Virus record (IMG/VR): IMGVR_UViG_3300003937_000247
Origin: a virus
Strand: one strand, 5' to 3'
Length of the DNA: 64,000 bases
Every line of letters begins with the position of its first letter. The stretch's first letter is position 1. The position numbers and the translations under genes are program-made. The notes below the pieces were generated by a model. That model was not told the origin of the DNA. It made no database searches and was given only the letters and a program-made list of their open reading frames with translations. Shown here piece by piece: positions 38,481 through 48,547 of the stretch.

Positions 38481-39515
38481 ATGAAAAAATTATTAATGAT
38501 ATTATTTACAACTCTATTATTAGTAGGTTGTAATACAAATAAAAGTATTAAAATAGAACAAGAAGTAGGTTTACTTCAAACTGTAAAAGAACGAGGTTAT
38601 GTTGTATGTGGAGTTAATGCAGGCTTGCCTGGTTTCTCTGCTCAGGATGACGCAGGAAACTGGAGTGGTTTAGATGTTGACTTCTGTAAAGCAGTATCCG
38701 CTGGCATATTTGGAGATTCAAGTAAAGTAGAATTTGTAGGATTAAATGCTGCTCAAAGATTTCCAACATTAGCGTCTGGCAATATTGATGTACTTGCAAG
38801 AAACACAACTTGGACAATCAGTAGAGATGTGAACTTAATGTTTGAATTTGCAGGTGTTAATTATTATGATGGTCAAGGATTTTTAGTACCAACACATTTA
38901 GAGATTAGAAGTGCAACACAATTAGATGGTGCGTTTGTTTGTATTACAAAAGAAACTACAAGTGAATTAAATCTAAATGATTATTTTGCAGAAAATAATA
39001 TGCAATATCAACCAATTTATGTTGAAGGTAATAAAGACGCAAAGGCAAAACTATTTGCTGGCGAGTGTGATGTATTTACTACAGACGCTTCTGGTTTAGC
39101 ATCCGCAAGAGCAGGTGCAGAAGACCCTAGTAAATGGGTAGTCTTACCAGAAATTATATCTAAAGAACCATTAGGTCCACTTGTAAGACAAGGCGACCAA
39201 GAGTGGGAAGATGTAATAAGATGGACACATTTCATTATGATAAATGCTGAAGAGGCAGGTATTACTTCTGAAAATGTTGACTCAATGTTAGATAGTAAGA
39301 ACAAAGAAGTTTTAAGAATTTTAGGTGAAGAAGGTTATATCGGTCCTATGTTAGGACTTGGTATGAAATTTGGTTATAATATTATCAAACAAGTTGGTAA
39401 TTACGGAGAATCTTTTGAAAGAAACGTAGGACCAAAAACACCTCTTGCATTAGAAAGAGGACTAAATAAACTATGGAAGGATGGTGGCGTGATGTACGTA
39501 CCACCAATCAGATAA
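38481..39515 (+). CDS. aapJ: general L-amino acid ABC transporter substrate-binding lipoprotein (AapJ/BztA family)
   Basis: Lipobox LVGC; GLDVDFC, RNTTWT.SRD, YYDGQGF, ISKEPLGP.VRQGD.EW, VGNYGE.FERN.G, RGLN.LW..GG. Confidence 0.92.
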   Translation: MKKLLMILFTTLLLVGCNTNKSIKIEQEVGLLQTVKERGYVVCGVNAGLPGFSAQDDAGNWSGLDVDFCKAVSAGIFGDSSKVEFVGLNAAQRFPTLASGNIDVLARNTTWTISRDVNLMFEFAGVNYYDGQGFLVPTHLEIRSATQLDGAFVCITKETTSELNLNDYFAENNMQYQPIYVEGNKDAKAKLFAGECDVFTTDASGLASARAGAEDPSKWVVLPEIISKEPLGPLVRQGDQEWEDVIRWTHFIMINAEEAGITSENVDSMLDSKNKEVLRILGEEGYIGPMLGLGMKFGYNIIKQVGNYGESFERNVGPKTPLALERGLNKLWKDGGVMYVPPIR

Positions 39516-39516
39516 T

Positions 39517-39987
39517 ATGTTTAAAAAAATTAAAGACGCAATTAAATTTCACAATCCATGGGAAAAATGGGCTGTGATAATTTGTCTTGCTGTATTATTA
39601 TGTGTTAGTTTTTCAGCTGCTAAAGCAGACTGCACAGGTTGTGGAGATGATGGTCATCAACAATGTCCATTAGACGGCAATGAACATTCACACGCACCAA
39701 AACCCGAAGTAGTATTTGCTGTTTGTGTATTTGCAGATGGCTCATTGATAGACCATAAAGGTGCTAACTCAATGTCCGATTGCTTAAAGACTAAAAGAGA
39801 AGTTGAAAAGGCTTGGAGAAATAAATCAGAAGAAACAGATAGTGTTGAAATAAATGGTATTACTTACAAGATTGATGGAGAAAGTTTAGCATTTATGTGT
39901 GATTTAGTGGATGCTCAAGTACATCATTATGAAGATGGTACTTGGGAAATTATAGAAATTTTAGGTAAACATAAAAAGGACGAATAA
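39517..39987 (+). CDS. exported Cys/His-containing hypothetical protein
   Basis: Signal peptide ending AKA, then DCTGC...HQQC...HSH. Confidence 0.6.
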   Translation: MFKKIKDAIKFHNPWEKWAVIICLAVLLCVSFSAAKADCTGCGDDGHQQCPLDGNEHSHAPKPEVVFAVCVFADGSLIDHKGANSMSDCLKTKREVEKAWRNKSEETDSVEINGITYKIDGESLAFMCDLVDAQVHHYEDGTWEIIEILGKHKKDE

Positions 39988-40175
39988 TTTACAATGATAG
40001 ATAATGATACAATATTGACAATATCCAGATTATGGCCAATCTTTGTGGCATTTATTATCCTAATTATTAACCTAGCACAATCTCATTACAGAATTAAGGT
40101 ATTAGAGGAAAAAGTTAAGACAGCTTTTGATTTAATTAATAAGTTACAAGATAAAAAATAAATAAATATTATATT

Positions 40176-40994
40176 ATGGGAACGAACTTGAAAAGAATGA
40201 TAGTAAGTGGTGATAGTTGCACCGAAGCAGAATTTTGGTCTAATTGTCATCCTACTTGGGATTTTAATTATCCAAAATGGCCTGAATATGTAGCCGAACA
40301 TTTTGGTTTGAAGTTAATTAATTTAGCTAGAGGCGGACAAGGCAATCAATACATATATCACACACTATTAGAAGAAGTTACAAATACACCTAAAGAAGAC
40401 ATAGGTTTAGTTATGGCTGGTTGGTCACAATGTCATAGAAAAGATTATGAAACAGGTTGGATGAATAATTGTTGGCATTCCAAAAGAGTAGATCAGGATG
40501 GCGACTTATTACATTGGGTAAGTAAAACTTTAAGACACTATTTAAGTTTTCAAATAATGTGTGAAAGATATAGTCTACCATACTATCATTTCCAAATGGG
40601 TGATTTATTTGAATGTTATTTGAACGGATTACAACCTACTGAAAATGACAGATTATTAGGCAAGACAGATGAAAATGATACAATGGAATATCCAGGAAAA
40701 AGAGATAGAGATGAACAACATATACTTGGTAGAATTACGTCATATGATCCTCACATAAAGAATTTTATTGGTTGGCCAGGCCTACAAGATAAGTATAGAG
40801 GATTTAATTGGCAGTTAGCTGGTAAAAAAGGATTTACTATGCACGATCAAATAATAGGTAAAGATAGGGTAGAAATAAAAAGAAGACAAAGATCCGTATC
40901 AGAATTAGATGATCATCCGAATAAAGAAGGTCATAAAGCAATGGCAGATTTTATAATAGGACAAATGACTGGCTTTGATCCAAATGCTAGATAA
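40176..40994 (+). CDS. SGNH/GDSL-like hydrolase
   Basis: GDS, NLARGGQGN, DDHPNKEGH. Confidence 0.7.
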   Translation: MGTNLKRMIVSGDSCTEAEFWSNCHPTWDFNYPKWPEYVAEHFGLKLINLARGGQGNQYIYHTLLEEVTNTPKEDIGLVMAGWSQCHRKDYETGWMNNCWHSKRVDQDGDLLHWVSKTLRHYLSFQIMCERYSLPYYHFQMGDLFECYLNGLQPTENDRLLGKTDENDTMEYPGKRDRDEQHILGRITSYDPHIKNFIGWPGLQDKYRGFNWQLAGKKGFTMHDQIIGKDRVEIKRRQRSVSELDDHPNKEGHKAMADFIIGQMTGFDPNAR

Positions 40995-41051
40995 GATTTA
41001 CTTCTACGCAGGTATTATCGGTATAGTAATTACTTTAAGTATCACTCTTAT

Positions 41052-41690
41052 TTGGCTATTCAGTTTTTTATTCTAATGAAAAAAAATATAATTAAAAAAG
41101 ATAAAACTTTATTATTATTAATTGAGTTTGAAGGCGTTCCAGAAGCACAAGCCGACAATCTACTTGATGAGATTAGGTATAGTTATCTAAAAAGATTACT
41201 ATTTGAGCACCCAGCAACTTCTTTACTTATTCTATCAGACCACCGAAGAGCAAATACTAGAATAGCCGCAATATTAGATCATTTACAAGATAGTAGAAGA
41301 ACACATACACATTCCATTGTGAATATTACACCAATCAAAACAACAATGGAAGATATCTACTCTATAGCAGATGTCCAAGGTTATAATATTCAGAATGTTA
41401 TTGTAGCAGGTTGTAATACAACAGGTTGTGTCTTTGAATCTATGCCTTATTCAGCAGTAAAATGGGCTCAAGCAGGCCATTTTGTACAGATAGTATTACC
41501 AATGTGTGGTGACGCTGACATACACGGTATAGGTCCTGAAAAATATATAAGATCATTTGCTCGTTTATATAAAAAAATTAAAAAGGCTAATGTTTTTAAA
41601 AATGTTGAAATAGTAAGTGAACTTCATACTGTGTTGCATTTTAATAATGGTGTGCAATCTAACAGATTTGATATAGAACCTAAAATTTAA
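41052..41690 (+). CDS. isochorismatase-like hypothetical protein
   Basis: VIVAGCNTTGCV resembles the cysteine hydrolase motif; start uncertain. Confidence 0.45.
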   Translation: MAIQFFILMKKNIIKKDKTLLLLIEFEGVPEAQADNLLDEIRYSYLKRLLFEHPATSLLILSDHRRANTRIAAILDHLQDSRRTHTHSIVNITPIKTTMEDIYSIADVQGYNIQNVIVAGCNTTGCVFESMPYSAVKWAQAGHFVQIVLPMCGDADIHGIGPEKYIRSFARLYKKIKKANVFKNVEIVSELHTVLHFNNGVQSNRFDIEPKI

Positions 41691-43317
41691 TAGTATAGAC
41701 GTTTATAGGTTCTTCTTTACCTTTTACTTTAATCTCATCAATATATTTAAAATTAAATCTTTCAAATAAAGGTTCTCTAGTATTTTCAGATATAACAATA
41801 TCTTGTCCTAAAGTTTTACTTGAACTTTCCAATCTACTTGCTAAATTAACAGCGTCTCCTATTACTGAATAATCAAACCTTTGTTCAGACCCCATATTAC
41901 CTACAAGACATTGACCAGTATTGATACCTATACCTATGTTTAAAGGTGGATCAAACTCTTTAGTTTTATTCATTAATGCTAGTTTTTGTTTCATCTCTTT
42001 AGCAGATTTAACTGCCATCTCTCTATGATTTTTACAATCTAATGGTGCGTTCCAAAATGCCATAATACAATCACCCATATACTTGTCTATTGTCCCTTCA
42101 TTTTTTAATATAATATTTGTCATTGCAGTTAGAAACTTATTAACATAACGAGTAAGTTGTTCAGGATTATCTTTAAACCTTTCCGATATAGGAGTAAAAC
42201 CTCTAATATCTGAAAATAAAAATGTTAATTCTTTTCTTTCCCCACCTAGTTTTAATAGAGAAGGATCTTTTTGTAATTTTTTAACCATACCAGGTGCAAG
42301 GTAATGCTCAAATTGTTTTTTGATTTGTAGTTTTAATCTATTCTCTCTAGCAAAATTATTATAGATTAAATGAGACCATATAATACTTCCTATAATCATA
42401 GGAGTTATCCAATCAACCATTATCATATGTTGAGTCCATAGATAACCACTTGCAAGTGCTATATCAAAATAGAAACCTACTAAACATAATGCAGACCATA
42501 GTAATCCTAATCTAGGCATTATAATCAAAAGGAATAATAAAGCAATTATAGTTATTCCTATTTCACTTATATACAACCAATTAGGTCTTGTAATAAACTT
42601 ACCAGACAATAAAGTTTCTGTTGACAATGCCATTATTTCGTGTGTGTTTTTTAAACCGTTTGGAGTAAGAACGAAAGTAGAACCTTTAAAGGTTGTTCCA
42701 ATAAAAACTATTTTACCCTTCATAGATGACCAATCTTTATCAGTATAATCTATTCTAGGTATCTGGTGTCTGAAATCAATCCAAATATCGTCTTGGTTAG
42801 GTATTGGAAATTTAATGACTTTCAGTATAACACTTGGGACGGATTTGTCAAGCGGTAATTTTCTAATAGTACCATCAATATCAATAGGCACTTCTACATT
42901 TCCTACAGCAAGTGCTTTTCTCTCTATACTTTTTAGGTTTTTTGCTTGACTTGTTTCAGTTAATATGATAGGGTACTTGGTAATCATCTTCAAAAACATT
43001 TCATCACCACCTAATCTATCTTTATGTACAAAGACTACATTTAAGAAGACTAGAGCTGCACCATTTTTATATGCGTTGATTATAGTACGACCTAATAAAT
43101 CTCTTTTCCAAGGCCATTGACCAGATTTAACTAAAGCTTCATCCGAAATATCCAGGAGTACTAGACTTTTGGATTCGTAGTTATTCCCAAAATTTTGATA
43201 ATTATCTAAAGCAGAAAGTCTTGTTTTTTGTATCAATACAGGATTAGAAATATAGATTATAATCAATATTAAAGCAATCATCCATACAGACCATTTATTA
43301 GTTAGCAGTTTTATCAT
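41680..43317 (-). CDS. CHASE2-domain class III adenylate cyclase
   Basis: N-terminal TM, GQWPW.R and D.DG.IR (CHASE2), three TMs, FSDIRGFT, DKYMGD, GIGINTG, DYSVIGDAVNLASRLES; Lys/Asp pair indicates ATP specificity. Confidence 0.93.
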   Translation of the reverse strand: MIKLLTNKWSVWMIALILIIIYISNPVLIQKTRLSALDNYQNFGNNYESKSLVLLDISDEALVKSGQWPWKRDLLGRTIINAYKNGAALVFLNVVFVHKDRLGGDEMFLKMITKYPIILTETSQAKNLKSIERKALAVGNVEVPIDIDGTIRKLPLDKSVPSVILKVIKFPIPNQDDIWIDFRHQIPRIDYTDKDWSSMKGKIVFIGTTFKGSTFVLTPNGLKNTHEIMALSTETLLSGKFITRPNWLYISEIGITIIALLFLLIIMPRLGLLWSALCLVGFYFDIALASGYLWTQHMIMVDWITPMIIGSIIWSHLIYNNFARENRLKLQIKKQFEHYLAPGMVKKLQKDPSLLKLGGERKELTFLFSDIRGFTPISERFKDNPEQLTRYVNKFLTAMTNIILKNEGTIDKYMGDCIMAFWNAPLDCKNHREMAVKSAKEMKQKLALMNKTKEFDPPLNIGIGINTGQCLVGNMGSEQRFDYSVIGDAVNLASRLESSSKTLGQDIVISENTREPLFERFNFKYIDEIKVKGKEEPINVYTIKF

Positions 43318-43345
43318 ATTATCTATTTATTTAGCCAACTTATCA

Positions 43346-43353
43346 TATAAATA
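43346..43353 (+). promoter_or_regulatory. T4 late promoter for the curli-like operon
   Basis: TATAAATA in the 58-bp divergent spacer. Confidence 0.65.
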
Positions 43354-43375
43354 ATAGTATCATAAGGGGAGAAAT

Positions 43376-43840
43376 ATGAGAATTATACTAACAATTTTAG
43401 TGTGGTTTTCTATGTTTTCTATGACGAATGCTAGTGAATTAGGATTTAAATTTGATAGTCCATCGTTTTCTGGTCAAGGAAAGTCATCACATTATTTAAC
43501 AATTGAAAATATAGAGAAAACAAGAAAAGACGCAATTAAGGCTGCGAATAAAGCAGCAGCAGATAAAGTAATAGCAGACGCCAAGGCAACAGCCATAGCA
43601 AAATTCAAAGCAAATGTAGAGGCAAGATTCTATACAGCACTTGCTAAACAGCTTACAGATAATGTTTTCGGTACAGATGGTCTACAACAAGACTCTGGTA
43701 CATTTACATCACCAATTGGTGGTGAAGTAGTTACTTGGGCAACAACAACAACAGGTAATAATGATACTGTAACCGTAACTGTTACAGAATCAGATGGTAC
43801 CGTAACAACATTTACAATGCCTAAAGAGGACAATTCATAA
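43376..43840 (+). CDS. csgF: CsgF-like curli assembly protein
   Basis: Signal peptide then SELGFKFDSPSFSG (CsgF-type N-terminus); precedes csgG. Confidence 0.75.
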   Translation: MRIILTILVWFSMFSMTNASELGFKFDSPSFSGQGKSSHYLTIENIEKTRKDAIKAANKAAADKVIADAKATAIAKFKANVEARFYTALAKQLTDNVFGTDGLQQDSGTFTSPIGGEVVTWATTTTGNNDTVTVTVTESDGTVTTFTMPKEDNS

Positions 43841-44877
43841 TGTTAAGAGCAATAGGAATATTTTTATTAACATTGTTGTTAGTTAGTTGTGCTGGAAGAC
43901 CTGATTTTGATGTACGAACCCAACCTGTACAATATAAAGATTTAACTGAAATCAAATCACCAAAAGGCGATCCAATAGTGATTGCAGTTTATGATTTCCT
44001 AGATATGACAGGACAAAAGAAACCAGGTGGTAACTTTGCCTCAATGAGTACAGCGGTTACTCAAGGATCATATCAGTTATTAATTAAAGCATTACAGGAT
44101 GCAGGTGATGGTAATTGGTTTAAAGTAGTAGAAAGAACAAGTCTCCCAAGTCTATTACAAGAAAGAAAACTAATTAGGTCTACAAGACAACAAGTTAATG
44201 GAGAAGGTGCAGAACCTTTACCACCATTATTATTTGCAGGTGCATATATCACAGGTGGTATAGTAGGTTACGATTCAGATATTAAATCTGGTGGTGTTGG
44301 TGCTAGAATTTTAGGCATACAAGCACATAAACAATGGCGACAAGATGTAGTTACTGTTATATTAAGACTAGTTAATGTACAAACTGGTGAAGTAGTTGTA
44401 TCAATTACTGTTGAGAAAACTATAATTTCAGGTGAAACTGGTGGCGATATATTTAAATATTTAGATACTGATACAATGTTATTAGAAGTTGAAGCTGGTG
44501 TTGCTAGAAATGAACCTGTTACTTATGCAGTAAGAAAAGCAATTGAAAAAGGTGTAGTAGAATTAATTAATGAAGGTGCTAAAAAAGATTTATGGGAATT
44601 TGATATACCAGTTGTAGAAATTACTGAAAAAAAAGTAATAGATTATACAAATAATACTGAAATAGGTGTACACGTTGATATGGGAGTGGTAAAAGAGGAA
44701 AAGACTTACGAAGAATACCTTGAAGAAAAGAAATTAAAAGAAGAAAACGAAGTAGCAGACGAGAAATTAAAAACAGAAGCTGCTGAAGAAGAATGGAACC
44801 AAATAGATACAGACGAGGAGGAGCAAGATGAAAAAACTGATAATGATTCTAGTGACTCTGGTAACCCTAACCAGTAA
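43840..44877 (+). CDS. csgG: CsgG curli secretion channel lipoprotein
   Basis: Lipobox LVSC; AVYDF.D.TGQ.KP, STAVTQG, WF.VVER, LLQERKLIR, GGIVGYD, NEPV. Confidence 0.93.
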   Translation: MLRAIGIFLLTLLLVSCAGRPDFDVRTQPVQYKDLTEIKSPKGDPIVIAVYDFLDMTGQKKPGGNFASMSTAVTQGSYQLLIKALQDAGDGNWFKVVERTSLPSLLQERKLIRSTRQQVNGEGAEPLPPLLFAGAYITGGIVGYDSDIKSGGVGARILGIQAHKQWRQDVVTVILRLVNVQTGEVVVSITVEKTIISGETGGDIFKYLDTDTMLLEVEAGVARNEPVTYAVRKAIEKGVVELINEGAKKDLWEFDIPVVEITEKKVIDYTNNTEIGVHVDMGVVKEEKTYEEYLEEKKLKEENEVADEKLKTEAAEEEWNQIDTDEEEQDEKTDNDSSDSGNPNQ

Positions 44878-45922
44878 TTGCTGGGCAGGTAATTCAGTTT
44901 GGATTCAGCAAGATAACCAAAACAGCAACAACTCTATCTTTATAAAACAAGATGGTACAGGCAACACGGTTGGTTATAGCACATCATATCCATTTAAAAT
45001 AGATGGAGAGAACATCACCATCATCATTAAACAAATAGGCGACAATAATAAAACTGATTGGTCAAATCATAACTCTTTTAAAGGTGATGATATGACTTTT
45101 GATTATACAGCAACTGGTGATTCTAATACATTGAGACCAGATATTGATGATACAGGTGCTGATGGTCATTATTATGACATAGATATTACAGGTGATTCAA
45201 ACAATGTAGATTTTGATACTTGGACGGCCGATGATGTACAGAAAACTAATGTTGATTTAGATATTACAGGTGACTCAAATGTTTTTTGGGTGCGTAGTAG
45301 AGGTGATGGTCATTTCTGGTATGTTCTTATGTCTGGCGACTCAAATAATGTACAAATTTATACCACAGCAGATTCAGTAGGATTTAATACAAACTCCAAT
45401 AAGGCTATTGGTCCACAAACAACATCACACGGACAATTTGCAGATAGTTCAGGTAGTGAAGGCGCAAGTGCCGACATTTATATTATTGGTAATTCCAATA
45501 CACTACACACTTCATCATACGGTACAGGCAATTATCAACTACACGATATTATAGGTAATGATAATCTTTTAGATATTCATTCTAGTTATACTAGTGCCGA
45601 TAGCGACCCATATGGAGATACAATGACGATATTAGGTGATAGCAATTGGTTAAGAACAATAATAAATGGTGATGATAACACAATAAGATTACATATGGCA
45701 GGTGGAAATAATACTGCTAGAATTTTCCTTTATACAGATGATTCAGTAATAAACTTTGCTCAAGTGGGTGGTGGTAATACTGGTAAGGTAACTATCACAG
45801 GTGATTCAATTTACGATTACACATTAAACTTTTCACAAGACGGTTCAGATAATTGTACATACTCATATAATAGAAATAATCAAACAGCAGACGTAACTGC
45901 TACAGTATCAAACGGTTGTTAA
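44828..45922 (+). CDS. curlin-repeat (CsgA/CsgB-like) secreted protein
   Basis: Signal peptide; repeated Q.G..N / ITGDSN units. Confidence 0.7.
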   Translation: MKKLIMILVTLVTLTSNCWAGNSVWIQQDNQNSNNSIFIKQDGTGNTVGYSTSYPFKIDGENITIIIKQIGDNNKTDWSNHNSFKGDDMTFDYTATGDSNTLRPDIDDTGADGHYYDIDITGDSNNVDFDTWTADDVQKTNVDLDITGDSNVFWVRSRGDGHFWYVLMSGDSNNVQIYTTADSVGFNTNSNKAIGPQTTSHGQFADSSGSEGASADIYIIGNSNTLHTSSYGTGNYQLHDIIGNDNLLDIHSSYTSADSDPYGDTMTILGDSNWLRTIINGDDNTIRLHMAGGNNTARIFLYTDDSVINFAQVGGGNTGKVTITGDSIYDYTLNFSQDGSDNCTYSYNRNNQTADVTATVSNGC

Positions 45923-45923
45923 A

Positions 45924-47952
45924 ATGAAGAAGTTATTTTTATTAGTATCAATCTTGGTACTTTTATGTACTAGTCTTTCCTCAGCACAAATAACAGGACC
46001 TAAAGTAGGTACTGTATCAGGCCAAATGGGTACTACTTGGAATGAGCGTGATGGTCAAACTGAAAATACAGCAATGGGTTATGAGTTGCAGATGAACGAC
46101 TTTCTCCAAACTGGAGAAGATGGTGGTATGATTTTATCTTACGTTGATGATACTAAATTTACAATGGGACCAAATACAGAATTAGTTATTGATGAATTTG
46201 CTTTTGATACTTCTTCTGTACCAATTGAAATTGCAATGAACATATCAGTTAATGTAGGTTCATTTACATATGAATCAGGTCAAGTATCCAATTTAGGTGG
46301 TGAAGTTAATATCAATGCTGGATTCGCTACAGTTACAGTACAAGGTACTGCCTTTTCAGGAACAGTTGACACTAGTGGTGAGGTTACAATTACCTTACTA
46401 CCAGATAGTGATGGTGATATAGGGTCTGTAACGGTCTCTAATGACGCAGGTTCTCAAACCATAACTAACGCATACAATTCAGTAACAGTTGTGTCAAACG
46501 ACCTGACACCAACTCCTCCAAAGATAGAAACTAATAAATCAGACATTATTGAGTTAGAAGAATTTGAAGAAGATATAAAAGATGAATCAACAAAAACTTT
46601 TGGTGATGTAGATAAAAAATCTGAATTGTCTAAAGACGAACAAGAAGCTCAGGAAATGGAAGAGGCGATAATAAATGAAGAGGCAAGTATTGTAGAAAAT
46701 AGTGATACAATTGTTGCTACAGATTTATCTGCTAGTGAAGCAGATACAATGATTGAAACAAAATCAGTAGAAGAAAATACTTTAGTTGAAGTAGATGAAG
46801 TTGATACATCTTACTATGATGAATGGGAAGATGATTTAAAAGATTGGGGTTATATAGATGAAGACAACCAGATTTCAGTTTGGGATGCCGAAGGTGAAAA
46901 AACTATGGATTGGGATGACGCAAAGAAAATGACTATTAGAAGACTATGGTTTAACTTCTTGGAATGTTGATGTAGATGAACAAGATGTTGTTGAAGATAC
47001 AAAAGATGAAACAGAAGCAACTGTTGTTGAAGGATATACTTGGGAAGATTTTGCTTTAGATGATGACTATTATAATAATAATGAATACAAAAACGCAGGT
47101 GGTCCTCCGACATTAACAGTACAAAACTATTGTGAGTACAATGGCTATGATGATTACTGGTGTAACCAAGATTATGTTGATTATCTAAATGACTGGTACA
47201 AAGATGATTGGACTTTAAAAGTAACCAATGATAGTTGGACTAAAGAATCTAAAAAGATATTTGGTAAACTATATGGTTGGTGTGGAAGTTGGCCAAACTA
47301 TAAAATGTGTGATGACCAGCCTAAACCTTGGAAGATGAAAGACTTAAAGAAGACTTATATAACTAATTGGAGTTGGGACGATTGGGACATATATTGGGAC
47401 GCATTATACGATTGGTGGTGGACAGGTTACGATTATAATAATGAAGATGATGAGAGTAATTGGGAAGATGAATATTCTTATGAAGATGACTATGATATAG
47501 ACGCAGAATTGGAAATATTATTAGCAAGTTATGATGAGGAAGATTGTTTAAATTATGGATACTATTGGGACAATGCAAATCAATCCTGTGGTACAGAATG
47601 GGTTGACAATAGTGGTTCAGAAACACAGGTAACTGCTAGTGGTGAAACTTTAAATTATACTACTGGAGATGTAACTCAAACTTTAACTACAACAAGTGGT
47701 GGTGTGTCAACAAGTACCACTTCAACAGGAAGAGTTTCAACGTTAGATAACGACTTTAACGCAACAGCTTCAACCTCTGGTGATTACACAATCATAAATA
47801 GATATAACGACAATCATAGGGCTTATATTAAGGTTGAAACTTCCAAGACAGCTGATATTCAAATTTTACAAGATTCAGAAGCACAGAATATAGATGTTGG
47901 CGATATTATACCTCCTGGATACCCATACATAACAATAATACAGACGGACTAA
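45924..47952 (+). pseudogene. FecR-domain secreted protein with acidic Trp/Tyr-rich C-terminus, interrupted by a frameshift near 46931
   Basis: FecR-like (D.LQTG.DG, TVQGTAF) in 45924..46970; the frame of 47305..47952 is open from 46933 with the same D/E/W-rich composition. Confidence 0.6.
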
Positions 47953-48047
47953 CTATGGACTACGGAACTATAAATTTATTAATAATATTCGGTTTATTAA
48001 TTTGGATGAATTGGTCTATTAACAAATGGATAGATAGGAATTTTTAA

Positions 48048-48506
48048 ATGGCGGATAGTGATATTCAAAAATTAAACACACAATTACAAGTCTTAAAAAA
48101 TGAAGTAGGACAAGTATCAACTGTTAACTCAAAACTTGATCAGGCAATAGATAAACTAACAGATATTTCTGCTAGTATTAAATCTATGTTGGCTGTACAC
48201 GAAGAAAAATTAGCAAAGCAAGAAGAAATAGATAAAGCGATATTCAATTTATTAGAAAATCGTAGAGTTGAAAGTGACAATAAATTTGAAGATATACACG
48301 GCAGATTGAATAAGTCTGTTGATAATTTAAGACAAGAAGTTGAACTATCAGAAAAGCGTTTAATGTGTGAAATTAAGACTTTAGCGTCAAATTTAGACGG
48401 TAGGATCGGCGTGTTTGAGAAATATAGATATATCATCATAGGTGCCTCAATCATCATAGGACTGTCTATGCCATCTATATTAAGTGTCTTAAAGATAGTA
48501 GGGTAA
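48048..48506 (+). CDS. coiled-coil protein with C-terminal TM (conserved upstream of primase)
   Basis: MLAVHEEKL motif, C-terminal hydrophobic helix. Confidence 0.65.
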   Translation: MADSDIQKLNTQLQVLKNEVGQVSTVNSKLDQAIDKLTDISASIKSMLAVHEEKLAKQEEIDKAIFNLLENRRVESDNKFEDIHGRLNKSVDNLRQEVELSEKRLMCEIKTLASNLDGRIGVFEKYRYIIIGASIIIGLSMPSILSVLKIVG

Positions 48507-48511
48507 ACTGC

Positions 48512-48540
48512 TTGACTTTTTCACATATATAGTATATACT
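48512..48540 (+). promoter_or_regulatory. sigma70-type promoter for primase
   Basis: ttgact-17bp-tatact. Confidence 0.7.
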
Positions 48541-48547
48541 TTTTGTT

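Noticed and set aside
44828-47952. CRISPR array or DNA tandem repeats
   Set aside because: Repetitiveness is at protein level (curlin-like units, acidic low complexity); no repeat-spacer structure seen in the window
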